64,000 nt of DNA, taken from NCBI RefSeq assembly GCF_009914755.1, contig NC_060926.1. One strand, 5' to 3'. This stretch comes from the human T2T-CHM13v2.0 reference genome, Homo sapiens. Each line of letters opens with the position of its first letter. Within the stretch, counting starts at the first letter, position 1. The translations under genes and the position numbers were made by a program. Shown one piece after another: positions 53,900-64,000 of this stretch. Below the pieces are notes generated by a model. That model was not told the DNA's origin. It worked only from the letters and a program-made list of their open reading frames with translations, and made no database searches.

Positions 53900-54085
53900 T
53901 TGTTGGCCAAAAAGGTAGTTATTAGAAGGGAGAACAAGGGTTTTTAGGGTTCTGGTAATGTTCTGTTTTGTGACCTGGGTATTGGGTTCAAAGATATGGT
54001 CATTTGTGAAAATTCTTTAAGCTCTATGTTATAATATGTGCATTTTTTTCTGCACATACATTATAGTTTAATAAAAAGTTAAACA
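53900..54085 (+). mobile_element. Old L1ME 3' end fragment
   Basis: ggtaatgttctgttttgtgacctgggt...tttgtgaaaattc...aataaaaagtt. Confidence 0.65.
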
Positions 54086-54831
54086 AAGATCAGCAAATGA
54101 ATTACACATACACATGCACACACACATTATAAATACACAGTCTCAGAGTCAGTGTTTTCTACCTTGAGACTTTATATTACCTACAATCCCTTAAGCTTCT
54201 CCCTGGAAATATCACCTGTCCAACATGGAAATTACATCCAATAAGCATTTATAAGTGATCCTCTTAGCATCATCTCCACAGAATTTCACAGAAAATCTTA
54301 GGGTTCTCAAATTCCTTAGCCTTTACCTCCTCTTTAGGACACTTTTAACATGGACTCCTGGGTCTCTATGAAAAAATGGAAAGAGACTGAGGCATCAATA
54401 AAAAGAAATAAAATTCTCCCTTGGTTTCTTACTCAAATTAACTTTGACTCAAGTCACACGCTCAGTCTATGTCTATGGAAACATTCAGATACATGTAAAC
54501 ATTCAGATGAAAAGTGAAAAATCCAACCAGCTGAATTGACTTACCTGTTGTTGGGAACACCTGTATGTATTGGCCTTATAGGAAGCCCTCAACAGACATT
54601 CACTTTCTTGTCTTTGGGCAGAACTGTATCATATGGCACCTCCAGTTGCAAGGACATCTGGAAGACAGAATATTTAGCTTTTTCAGACTCTGTATTAGAG
54701 ACAGGTAATGAGATCCCCTTTGGGAATGAGCGATGAACTGGCCAAATTACAGTTCTAACTAGATAAGCGAAAGCCACAGCAGGCCAGGTGAAATGGAGGT
54801 ACGGGAAAGTCCAGGGAAGAGTTGTTTAAAT

Positions 54832-54981
54832 CAGTGGTTTCAACCTGGGATGTTCATTGTAATCACCTGGGTATCACCCTCAGCAATCCTAATTTAATTG
54901 GCCTTGGGTGTGGTCCAGCATCAGGATCTTTAAAAGCTCCTGTAAGTGATTCTAAGGCACAGCCAAGGTTGAGAGCTACTG
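54832..54981. mobile_element. MER5 (A1/B-like) hAT MITE
   Basis: cagtggtttcaacctgg...aatcacctggg...gtgattctaa...ccaaggttgagagctactg; similar 8-bp flanks gtttaaat / gcttaaag. Confidence 0.85.
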
Positions 54982-55299
54982 GCTTAAAGAGATAAATATC
55001 AAGACTTGTATCCTCAAAGAAAATAGCAAAGGTATTAGGTATCTCACCAGCTATTATGTTTTGTGGATTTAAAGTCAAAGATTAAACAAAGGTTTTTAAG
55101 AGCTTATATCTGGAAAAGGAGTAAAAGTCTAGAAAAAAATTATTCCCTGATTTTGCAAACACTTGAGTGACAAACAGGCATTAGAACATGAGCAAGTTAT
55201 TTTTAAAATAATATGTTGATTAATTAAGGTTCACTCAATCTAATAGTTGGAAATATTCATAGAAAAAGTGGGCAGTCTTATCTGTGTAATTAACTGGAA

Positions 55300-55495
55300 A
55301 TACATCTCAGCTCCACCCCTTCCAACAGTGGGGGTCTAGTGTAAAATATTGACCTCTCGTAGAGTCTCAGTTTTCCCACTTATAAAATGCGAGAAATGAT
55401 TGAACCTACCTCAAAAGCCTTTCTGTAAGGAATGATTGAGATAACCTGGATGAAAGGGTTAAATGTCTGGCATGTAGTAACAGCTCAATATCATC
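55300..55495 (+). mobile_element. MIR SINE
   Basis: gtctcagttttcccacttataaaatg...acctacctca...tggcatgtagtaa. Confidence 0.7.
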
Positions 55496-57849
55496 GTTCT
55501 TGGTCTCCCATTCAGCAAGCTCATTTACAAGCATTCATGTCACCTACAAAGAATTAGCAAGAATTGGGTCTGAAAAACACCAAGGTGACAATTTAATTAC
55601 TGTTATATGAGGCTTGATGAACTATTATTCAACTATCCAGGGGCAAAGTATTGTAAAAGAGATATAAAATGCTGCTGGAGGGACTTATGTTAGATATGAT
55701 TTAAAAAAATAGTTAACTATGAAGGCAATAAAACATGATAAAACGTTAGTTGAAAAAGCAATGGTTTCTCCTCAGAAAGTCTGCTTTAATAGGAGATATT
55801 TTCATATTTCTAGAATAGTCTAAGCCATAGTGTGGTAAATAAATTAACTTTCAACATCCTTTTTGGTCTTTATGACTCAATAATTGTGACTCAACGATAT
55901 AAACTTAGGAAGATGAAATTCAGATTTCAGTTGAGAAGCAATGCTGTTTCACCTCCCTGAGAGAATTGCCTTGTTTGTGAAATACTACAGAAAAACCTGT
56001 ATTTTCTCCAGAAAATGAAAGGTCTTGGCCTGAGTAAATCAAGGCAGAAAACTCACCCCCGTGAAAGCTGCAGCTCTGAGAGTGTGTGGGCAGGGTGAGT
56101 GTCACAGGTTCAGGTTGTCTGGACTGCCCTTGGGACCCCAGCTCCTCCTTTCCATCATGTTGCGGTCCAGAGTTCAGTTCATACCATCCCAGATGATTTG
56201 GGGGTTTGCTTCCTCACTTCAGGCACTCTTTAAATAAGAGGCCTTGTCAGTGGCTCTTCCATCTGGCAGAAAGTGGGTGCTCAATAAATATTTGTTGAAT
56301 GAGCCTGATCATTCTGATGAAAAGAGACCCCTTTGTTCTTTTGGGCCATTGGGTTTACCATTTACTAAACGGCCTGTGGCTTCCTGGTCTGACAAATTTA
56401 TAGCACCTGTTTATGTCTTTCTCACCCACAGGCTTCAACAGAATACCTGTGGCTGCACTTACAAAAGGCAGCCAGAAGGACCCGTCCATTCTGGAAAGTA
56501 CCTTTAGTCTGAAAGGTACAAATCAGAACTTTCACCACATTCCATCTGGCACTCACTGGTGGTGCCAACACCTCAAAAACCCTGCCGGGGCCATTTGTCA
56601 CCATGTGGACACAGACAGACCACCAGTGAAAGTGGAATTTTTGAATGAGCTTGAATGACCTGCCTATATGTGTAGACAGCCATGGTCACTTTTTCTCCGT
56701 AGGATTAGATGTGCTGATTCTAATGTGGTTCACATTAGGCTATTTTCTTTTAAAAGTGAAATTTCTTTTGGAAGCCTGGACATTTCTAAGACGACTTCAC
56801 ATCTATTCACTCATCTTGCCTTCCAAAACAGCTGCTCACAATCTGAATATTAGACTACAAATAGCAAAAACAAACCTCTGTTGTTATTATTACTATATTA
56901 TTAGGGTTTTTTTAGAATCCCAAGGAATTCTTTATATAATGTAGAGTAAGCTATTAGAAGGAAATCATTATTTTCAATGTGGTTCATCCCATGGAGGTAT
57001 GGATGGAGAATCCCTGCTCTTTCCTGGAAATGGATGCTGGTTCTTTAGAACAGTGAGTCTTCTTCAAACTGCATAAAATAATCATTATGACATAATCAGC
57101 AGCAGTGTGTTACACTCTTGTCATTTTTCCCTAGTGCATTTCCAGGTCTCTATCAGCAGAATTGGAATTACTTCATCATTTTCAGCATTTCTTTTTCCTT
57201 TCCAGCATTTATTGCAGAAAAAATATGAGGCTTGCTGGTAGTATTCCCAGGTGACAAATGTGCACCCAACACCCTACAGAAAAGAAGAACCATAAAATAA
57301 TTAATTATTCCATTGTAACTCCTGCCTGGAAAACATCTGGTATGTAACATCACATTATGCTTCATGTGGAGTGTTGTGAATCATCTTCCTTATGCACAGA
57401 TCTTGTCTCCTCACTTAGATAACAAGCTCCCTGAGGGAGGGGAGACCACCATTTATTGAGAGCAAACCTTAGCCCATTACGTATTTTATTCTCTGTATTA
57501 CCAACATCCCAGTGAGGTCTTTACAGATGAAGGAAGTGTGGGAGGTTTGAGTCATTCTTCCAAATGCACACAGCAACTGGGTAACATTTGGCCCCACCCT
57601 CAGCTTGGGCTCGTCAGTGGAAGTTTGCTCAGCAACAGAGACCAGCATCAATAATCGTGCTCAAGAGATTAGTATTATGAGCCCGGTATTACCGGCATGT
57701 TTGTGACATGAGTACTCCTGAGACTTCTGGAGCCAACTTTAAGAACAGCCTCGACTTTAAATATCAATGTTGGCTCAAGACCTGATTCAACATATTTTGA
57801 AAAACTCAGTGTTCTCCCCTCCGATCCCAGCATTAATTGACTAATTTAA

Positions 57850-59075
57850 ACTAAAAATATATTGGGTGCCTTTTGTGTGCCAGGCATTATACTATTTGTT
57901 TAGGAGAGAGTGCGAAACAAGACAGAGAAAGTCTCTACCCACATGGAGTTTTCATTCCAGTGGAGCAGTGTGTTATCTATTATGGCATAACAAAGCACCC
58001 CCAAACTTAGTGACTTAAAATGAGAAACATTTACTGCCCTACAGTTTCTGTGGGTCAGGAATCTGGGTGTGGCTCAGCTGGGGGCCTTTGACTCAGGGTC
58101 ATAATGCTACAAGGTGTGAGCTGGAGCTGTGGTCATCTCCAAGCCAGCTGGGAGGAGACCTTTTTCCAAAGTCACTCACACAGCCTCAGGTGTTTACAGG
58201 CCTCAGGTCCTTGCTGGCTGTTGGCCAGAGGCCTCAGTTCCTTGCCACAAGGGCCTCCCCATAGGTTACTCACAACATAACAGTTTGCAGCCCCCAGAAC
58301 AAGGACCCCAGAGACAGAGTGAGAGAGGGCAAGAGAAGGCAAGATGCAAGTCACACTCTTTTTGTAACCTAATCCCATCACATTTCCTGAATTCTGCTCA
58401 TTAGAAAGAAGTCACTAGATTCAGCCCACATTCAAGATGAGAAATACCAGAAGGCAGAGAACACTGAGGCTGTTTTAGAGGCTGTCAACCCCAGGGAGAC
58501 AGACAGCAAATAAGTAAGCAAATAAATAAAAATGGAAGGTGATAATAAGTGCAATGAAAAGAAATGAAGCAGAGTAAAGAATCAAGAGTAGCAGTTGAGG
58601 GGTGAGTATTTTAATTAGGATGGTCAAGGGAGGTCTCGTTGCAAAGGTGACATGTAAGTTAGGATCTGAATGATATCTGGGATCCAGCTATGCCAGCATC
58701 TGGGCAAAGAGCTTATCAGGCAGAGGAGCCACAAAGTGTAGAAACTTGAGATGGGGAGGAGGTTGGTGTCTAGGAGAAATGGCAAGGAGCCCAGTGTGGG
58801 TAGATCAGTGGGAGGGAAGGAGAAAGTTGGAAGAGAGGAGGTCGGAGGGGCAAACATGAGCTAGGCTGCACAGGGCTTGGTCGACCATGGCAGAGAATTT
58901 AGAATTTATTCTGAAAGGAATGAGAAGCCATCGTGATCAGATTTACATTTTTAAAGCTCACCTCAGTTGCTGTTGTAGAGAAAGGGTGGTAGAAGGGCAG
59001 GAGAGGGAAGAGCAAGATCAGCTGAGAGATGACCACAGAGGCCCTTGTGAGATGGGAGGTGACTCACATGAGAGT
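57850..59075 (-). mobile_element. L2 fragment split by an MLT1F-like LTR
   Basis: gtgccttttgtgtgccaggc...catggagttttcattccagt before the LTR; ggagacagacagcaaataag...tggtcaagggaggtctc...gatcagatttacatttt after it. Confidence 0.7.
57969..58492 (-). mobile_element. MLT1F-like MaLR LTR
   Basis: ccccaaacttagtgacttaaaa...cagtttctgtgggtcaggaatctggg...gaggcctcagttccttgccac...ttttgtaacctaatc. Confidence 0.8.
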
Positions 59076-60987
59076 AGAGGCGTCTCAGGGGCTCATTTGT
59101 CTCTAATAGTCTGCCTTCTACCCAGTGTCTCATCTTCTGTAACCATCTCACCACATAGGTTGACCCCAGTGTGGGCTGTCACCTCATCCCCTTTTAATTC
59201 CTCTGCCAAATGATCACCAACACAAGGAAGTGTACATAATGAACTCTACTCAAGTTCATGGTACCCCAAGGGGCTCCTGTTCTCAGAGCAACGCAGCAAA
59301 CAATTTAAAATGTAATATCAAACACTGCCATTATAAAACAACTTGGCCCATGCCCCCGCTATCCCTGATGCCCACCATGTTACTAAGCCAACCTCTCTCC
59401 TTTGATCTTGTAGCTCCACACTTCCAATTTTTCTGGGTCCCTCATCCCCTCTTGCTCTCAGGCTGCTCACACACAAAAAAGTTTCCGCATCTTTTCACGT
59501 AAGAACAATTCGATGTCCCTTTTATTTTGCCTCCTGCCTCTAGATCTTGACTTGAGGTTTCACTTTTCACAATCAAAATACCCTATCAATGTGTTTTGCC
59601 AAACAATATCAACAGCAAATACATTTTCCTAAGCAGGATGCTTGGATGTTTTCACACCACTCTGACACATGGATGGAAGGTTAGAAGACAACAAAGGAAT
59701 GGGCTGGGAAGGACTCCAAAAGCAGAATCAGAGATTATATCATTCCTTGGAAATGGAGAAAAGGATCAAAAAAGCTGAATAAAAGGTAGTCCCAGCAACA
59801 ATGTCTCCTTGTGAACAGACTTTTGAGTATTTGGCTTTGTTATCCCCCAGAGAATACAAATGTCTCTATGGACACCAAGGTCATAATAACTCCACTTCTC
59901 CCATCCCCCTCACACCCTTTGGCAGCCTCATATATTCTCATTATAGTAAACTCAATTCTCCAGAAAATTTCAAGAAAATTAAGTGCTTCCCTCTTCGACT
60001 GTTTACGTTCATTTTGACTTACTATATGAAGAGTCTAGGTACCCATAGAGTGTTCAGATTCTGCCAATGATGTCATACTTCAGAAGTATGGAAATGACTG
60101 AGGAAGAATTAATTTCTGATTCATGTAGCAATAAATTGAGGCTTATTGACTTGAACAGTACTTTTGCCAAGAAATTTTTGCTGCCAGAGTTTATTTACAG
60201 AATGTCATGATTTTCCAAAACATTATTGCTTCCTTTTTCAGACCATGCCTTCTGACTAGAGCAGGTAATTTGGGGAGGATTTACACATAATTATAGCCCG
60301 AATCCCTTAATTTATAAAATTGCATAGTACTTGGCTCATTAATGGCTGTTGAAAATGCTGGTCTAGTAAAATCATAAGGAGAGCTTTTACCTGGTGAATT
60401 TAGTTGTTGAAACAAAGTTGGACCCATTCCCAAACATAATCTGGAAACAGTCAGTCTATTGGGAAGGCACTGCCCTGAATGGATGGGCAATCTGGTGTTA
60501 TGGACTGACCATCCTTACCCACTGGACTTGGCATCATCACCAACCTCTTTACTCAACTCCTTTTGGGCAATTAAGAGTTCCATGAGGATACTGACAAGAT
60601 TCCAAAAAGCAATAAAATTACATAATGTAGTCCTGGTGTAGATAGAGGATTCCTGGTAATGACTCTGGGGCTTTTCTCATGAGCACATAATAAAGTTGTG
60701 AGCTGGACATAAAATACTCAAGACACAAGGAAGAGCTTCCCCACAGTTGCAGGTGTCTGTAGCTATCTATCTACTTTGTCTTGTTCTCCCACCCACCTCA
60801 GGCCCTGAATTGAGACCTGGTGAAAGAGGTAGTCTGAATTGTATAGAAGAACGCAGAAGTAAAACGGCTAACTTACCTGATTTCTATTCCTAAAGTTTGA
60901 GGGAAGGCAGAGTCAGATTTCAGGGGATAAAAGAGACTGTTGTGGCCCAGACTGGACTTTAGTTTCCTTTGTGATAATTGTGCTTTC

Positions 60988-61005
60988 GTGTGTGTGTGTG
61001 TGTGT
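60988..61005. repeat. (TG)n microsatellite
   Basis: Directly visible. Confidence 0.9.
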
Positions 61006-61049
61006 TGGGGAATGGGGGGTATATGTATGCTTGTATGCATGAAAAGTTT

Positions 61050-61226
61050 ACAAATGTTTCCAATGACAATATGGTCCCCAAACTAGGTTGATCATCAGAG
61101 TCACTTGAGGAGCTTTTAGAAAATACAGGCACCTGAACCAAACCATCCTGTGTCACAGGAATCTGTGCTTGTGAAACAAGCGTCCATTTAGGTGACTCTG
61201 ATTGTTAGCTAGACTTAGAACCACCA
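61050..61226. mobile_element. MER5B-like hAT MITE
   Basis: catcagagtcacttgaggagctttt...aaaatacagg...ggaatctgtg...ggtgactctg...ttagaaccacc. Confidence 0.65.
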
Positions 61227-62849
61227 TTCAAAGACCCATTCCTCACCTCACCCTCACCATTTCTGTGCCAGCTCTCTTCCACTGATTTAGTTTCTCAAAA
61301 TTTTCATTATCTTGTTTCCTTTATGTTTTAAACTGCATTTAGTCCATGCAAACTGTTTCTTTCTTTGGTTTACAAAGGTTCATCTTGCCATGTGGAGATA
61401 TTTTTCCAATCCCGAAACATTTGCAATAATGGGGGATTCAATTCTATATTGTATCTCCAAATCTCTTAATGTCCTAAAATGGCCTCACCAGTCAGTAGAC
61501 TCATCAATCTATGCATAACCAGATCTATGGATGTTTTTTAGGTCCTGGGGAAACCTCAACTGCAGACTGGTCAAGTGCTGCCCAATGATCTAATGACATG
61601 TTCACAAATTTGTATCCATACCAATTCTAGGCAAACATGGAGGAACAGAGTTTGGAGCAATACCCTGACTTACATTCAGTACTGTTAATGGCTCCAGCAT
61701 CTTGAAACAAACCAATTTTGGATTTTCAGGTAAAGTTTGGCAAATAATTTTTCCTTACTTAAAGAAGAGAAAGGGCTTAAAATGGATTACATACAACTTT
61801 AAAGTACATGTTCTTACAAAACAATAGCTTCTTGAGCTAATTCTAGATAAATTAGTTATAAATGAATCAGAAACATATGGTTGCAACTTTTCTCTAAATA
61901 AAAGGAGACTAAAAATTCAGGAAAGGATCTAGAGACAAACATGAAGTAGATTTTCCAAAGGCCTAGACAATTGTTTAAAACACTTTCCAACAACTCAAAT
62001 TTGTCAGGTTTAATCAATCCTTTTTTTTTTAGTCTAGTTGTCTGAATTTAAAGATATCTAAAAAGAATTGGTGTTAAATGAAAGATTTTAACACATTTCA
62101 AACGGAATTAGTTTTCAAACTACAATGTAATTGTGGCAAACTCACTAAGGATAGGAGGTAAAGTAGATGGGAACACACTCAAAAGACCAGAGCTGGGCAT
62201 CCGCAACTTTTAAGTAATTTTTAATAAAAAGAGAGAGAAAATACTTGAAATTGAATGATAGTTGAACAAATCAATTATTGCTAAAGGATTTTTCCTTAAG
62301 TCCTGATGGTTTTACAATGCAGAAAAGAATGCATTGGGCTTTTGACAACTTCTTCTATTCCCAGTGAAAAAGAAAGCCAACCCAGAAAATCACTTAGGAA
62401 GATCCAGACAACAGATGGTACGCCAAAAGTGAACAATGATCTCAGTAACTGAGGCCTCAGAGACAAGATGATCCATTCCACAGCTGGATATTGTAAAACT
62501 TGGGTACCAGTGGTGCGCAGATCTGACCATTAAAACTATGTACTTCTTGAGTCACAAACCAGTGTGTGTGACTGGTTAAAACCCAGTCACAACCTGGAAA
62601 AAGTTGTGGAAAGCACCTGGGGACTGAGGAGAAGCAAACTTCCTTAGGTTTACACAGTATGGCTGGCACCTTAAGCAAGTTAAAATCGGTCTCAATTCCC
62701 TGCAGAATAAGGGCAACACCAATTATGCTACCTACTTCATGCAAGAACCTAAAATGAAAAATAAAATTGCTTTTAAAATGTGCTCCAGCCAAATAAGCTG
62801 GTATTTTATGAAAAGGAATGATCGCATTTTTGAGCTTGTATGTTAACCC

Positions 62850-63350
62850 ATCGTGCCAGATCAACAATAGCTACACATTCTTTGATCTTCTTCCCATTGA
62901 AAATAGGTGTTTATGGCCTCTCCTCTTCAAAGTGGGCAGGTTCTGTGACTGCTTGACTCATAGAATATGGTGGAAGTGATGCTGATAATTTCTAGGGTCG
63001 GGGCTTTAAGGACAGCTTTCACTTTCTGTCACTTGAAAAACTCTTGGAACCCAGCCTCCATGTAGTCAGGAAGCTCAAGCAGCCCCATTGTAAGTCCTGT
63101 GTCAGGAGAAACTGAGGCCTCCAGCCAATAGCCTTGATTGAGCTCCCATGTTATAACTAGCACTCACTTACTAAGCATGTAAGTGGACCATCTTGGAAAA
63201 GAATCCTCCAGCCTCCAATTGAGAATGTCTCAGCTAATGCCACTAAGCCTTGCCCAAATTGCAGATATATGAGCAAAATAAATGGTTGTTATTATTTTAA
63301 GACATTAAATTTTCATGTGATTGGTTACGCAAAAGTAGATAACCAGAACA
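62850..63350 (+). mobile_element. MLT1H/G-like MaLR LTR
   Basis: tgtgactgcttgactcatagaatatggtggaagtgatgct...cttgcccaaattgcaga...gagcaaaataaatggttg...gataaccagaaca. Confidence 0.8.
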
Positions 63351-63559
63351 CTCACTATCTTGTATAATAATGACAATATATTATGTAATAATATTGTATA
63401 TGTAACAACTTTATGTAGTTATTATAATAATTATTATTAACAGGAATAATAATTTGCAGTTATTTAACATTAGGTTCCAGGCACTACATTATGGGCTTCA
63501 CTTGCATACTTCTACTACTTTCTAATTATATGTTTGTTTGTTTATCTATTCATTGTGGT

Positions 63560-63660
63560 CTTAGTAGACTGCTAGCAACATGAGGGAAAGGAATGTGTTT
63601 TATTCACCACAGTACACTAAGTGCCAAGCACAATGACTAACATATAAATAGACATTATAT
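63560..63660 (+). mobile_element. L2 3' end fragment
   Basis: tagactgctagcaacatgagggaaaggaatgtgttttattcaccac...gtgccaagcacaatg. Confidence 0.6.
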
Positions 63661-64000
63661 GACTAGCATATAAATAACATAAAAACTATTCTATCAGATA
63701 ATTTTTTCTATACTAAAACTTTATCAGATTGCTTTTTCATAACAAAGGAATCAATACAAACCTTGAAAAGGTCAGGACAAAAAAAGAAGCTAGAGACTGA
63801 GAGAAAGAGTAAGAGCTCAACAACTCAGCTGAACACAGTGGCATTTATAAGAAGTCTTTGGAAAGTAGTTATTCAGGCTATGCCTAAACTATGTGGTTGA
63901 ATCATTTGGTTAATCATTAATCATTTGCTACTTATTGTTTAGTGACTAACCAAAATGGTCTAACCTCTTATGCACATGGACATAATGAAAAAGAGAAGGA

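Noticed and set aside
62457-62867. 136-aa minus-strand ORF
   Set aside because: No recognisable homology, starts at the edge of an MLT1 LTR, no splice or promoter support

Overview
This is primate (most likely human) non-coding genomic DNA, AT-rich and CpG-depleted, intergenic or deep intronic. I found no credible protein-coding gene, RNA gene, CpG island or CRISPR array. The ORF track is made of repeat-derived fragments (L1 ORF1/ORF2, THE1 internal, Alu) and chance ORFs. Roughly half the window is transposable-element relics. These include a near full-length ~9.1 kb L1PB with target-site duplications (TSDs) and a very long, apparently stacked 5'UTR, a complete THE1 (MaLR) provirus right beside it, and a multi-layer nest (L1MC carrying a MER41 fragment-AluY unit and a THE1 LTR interrupted by an Alu). 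Charlie1, Tigger3, MER2, MER20 and MER5 DNA transposons, solo LTRs, Alus, L2 and MIR are also present. Between them lie several repeat-free blocks rich in homeodomain/MEIS/PBX/SOX motifs that look like developmental enhancers, and one compact CCAAT-CCAAT-TATA candidate promoter on the minus strand. I do not see convincing evidence for a new biological system; the findings are modest and need the checks listed. Subfamily names come from recalled consensus sequences, not from a database search.
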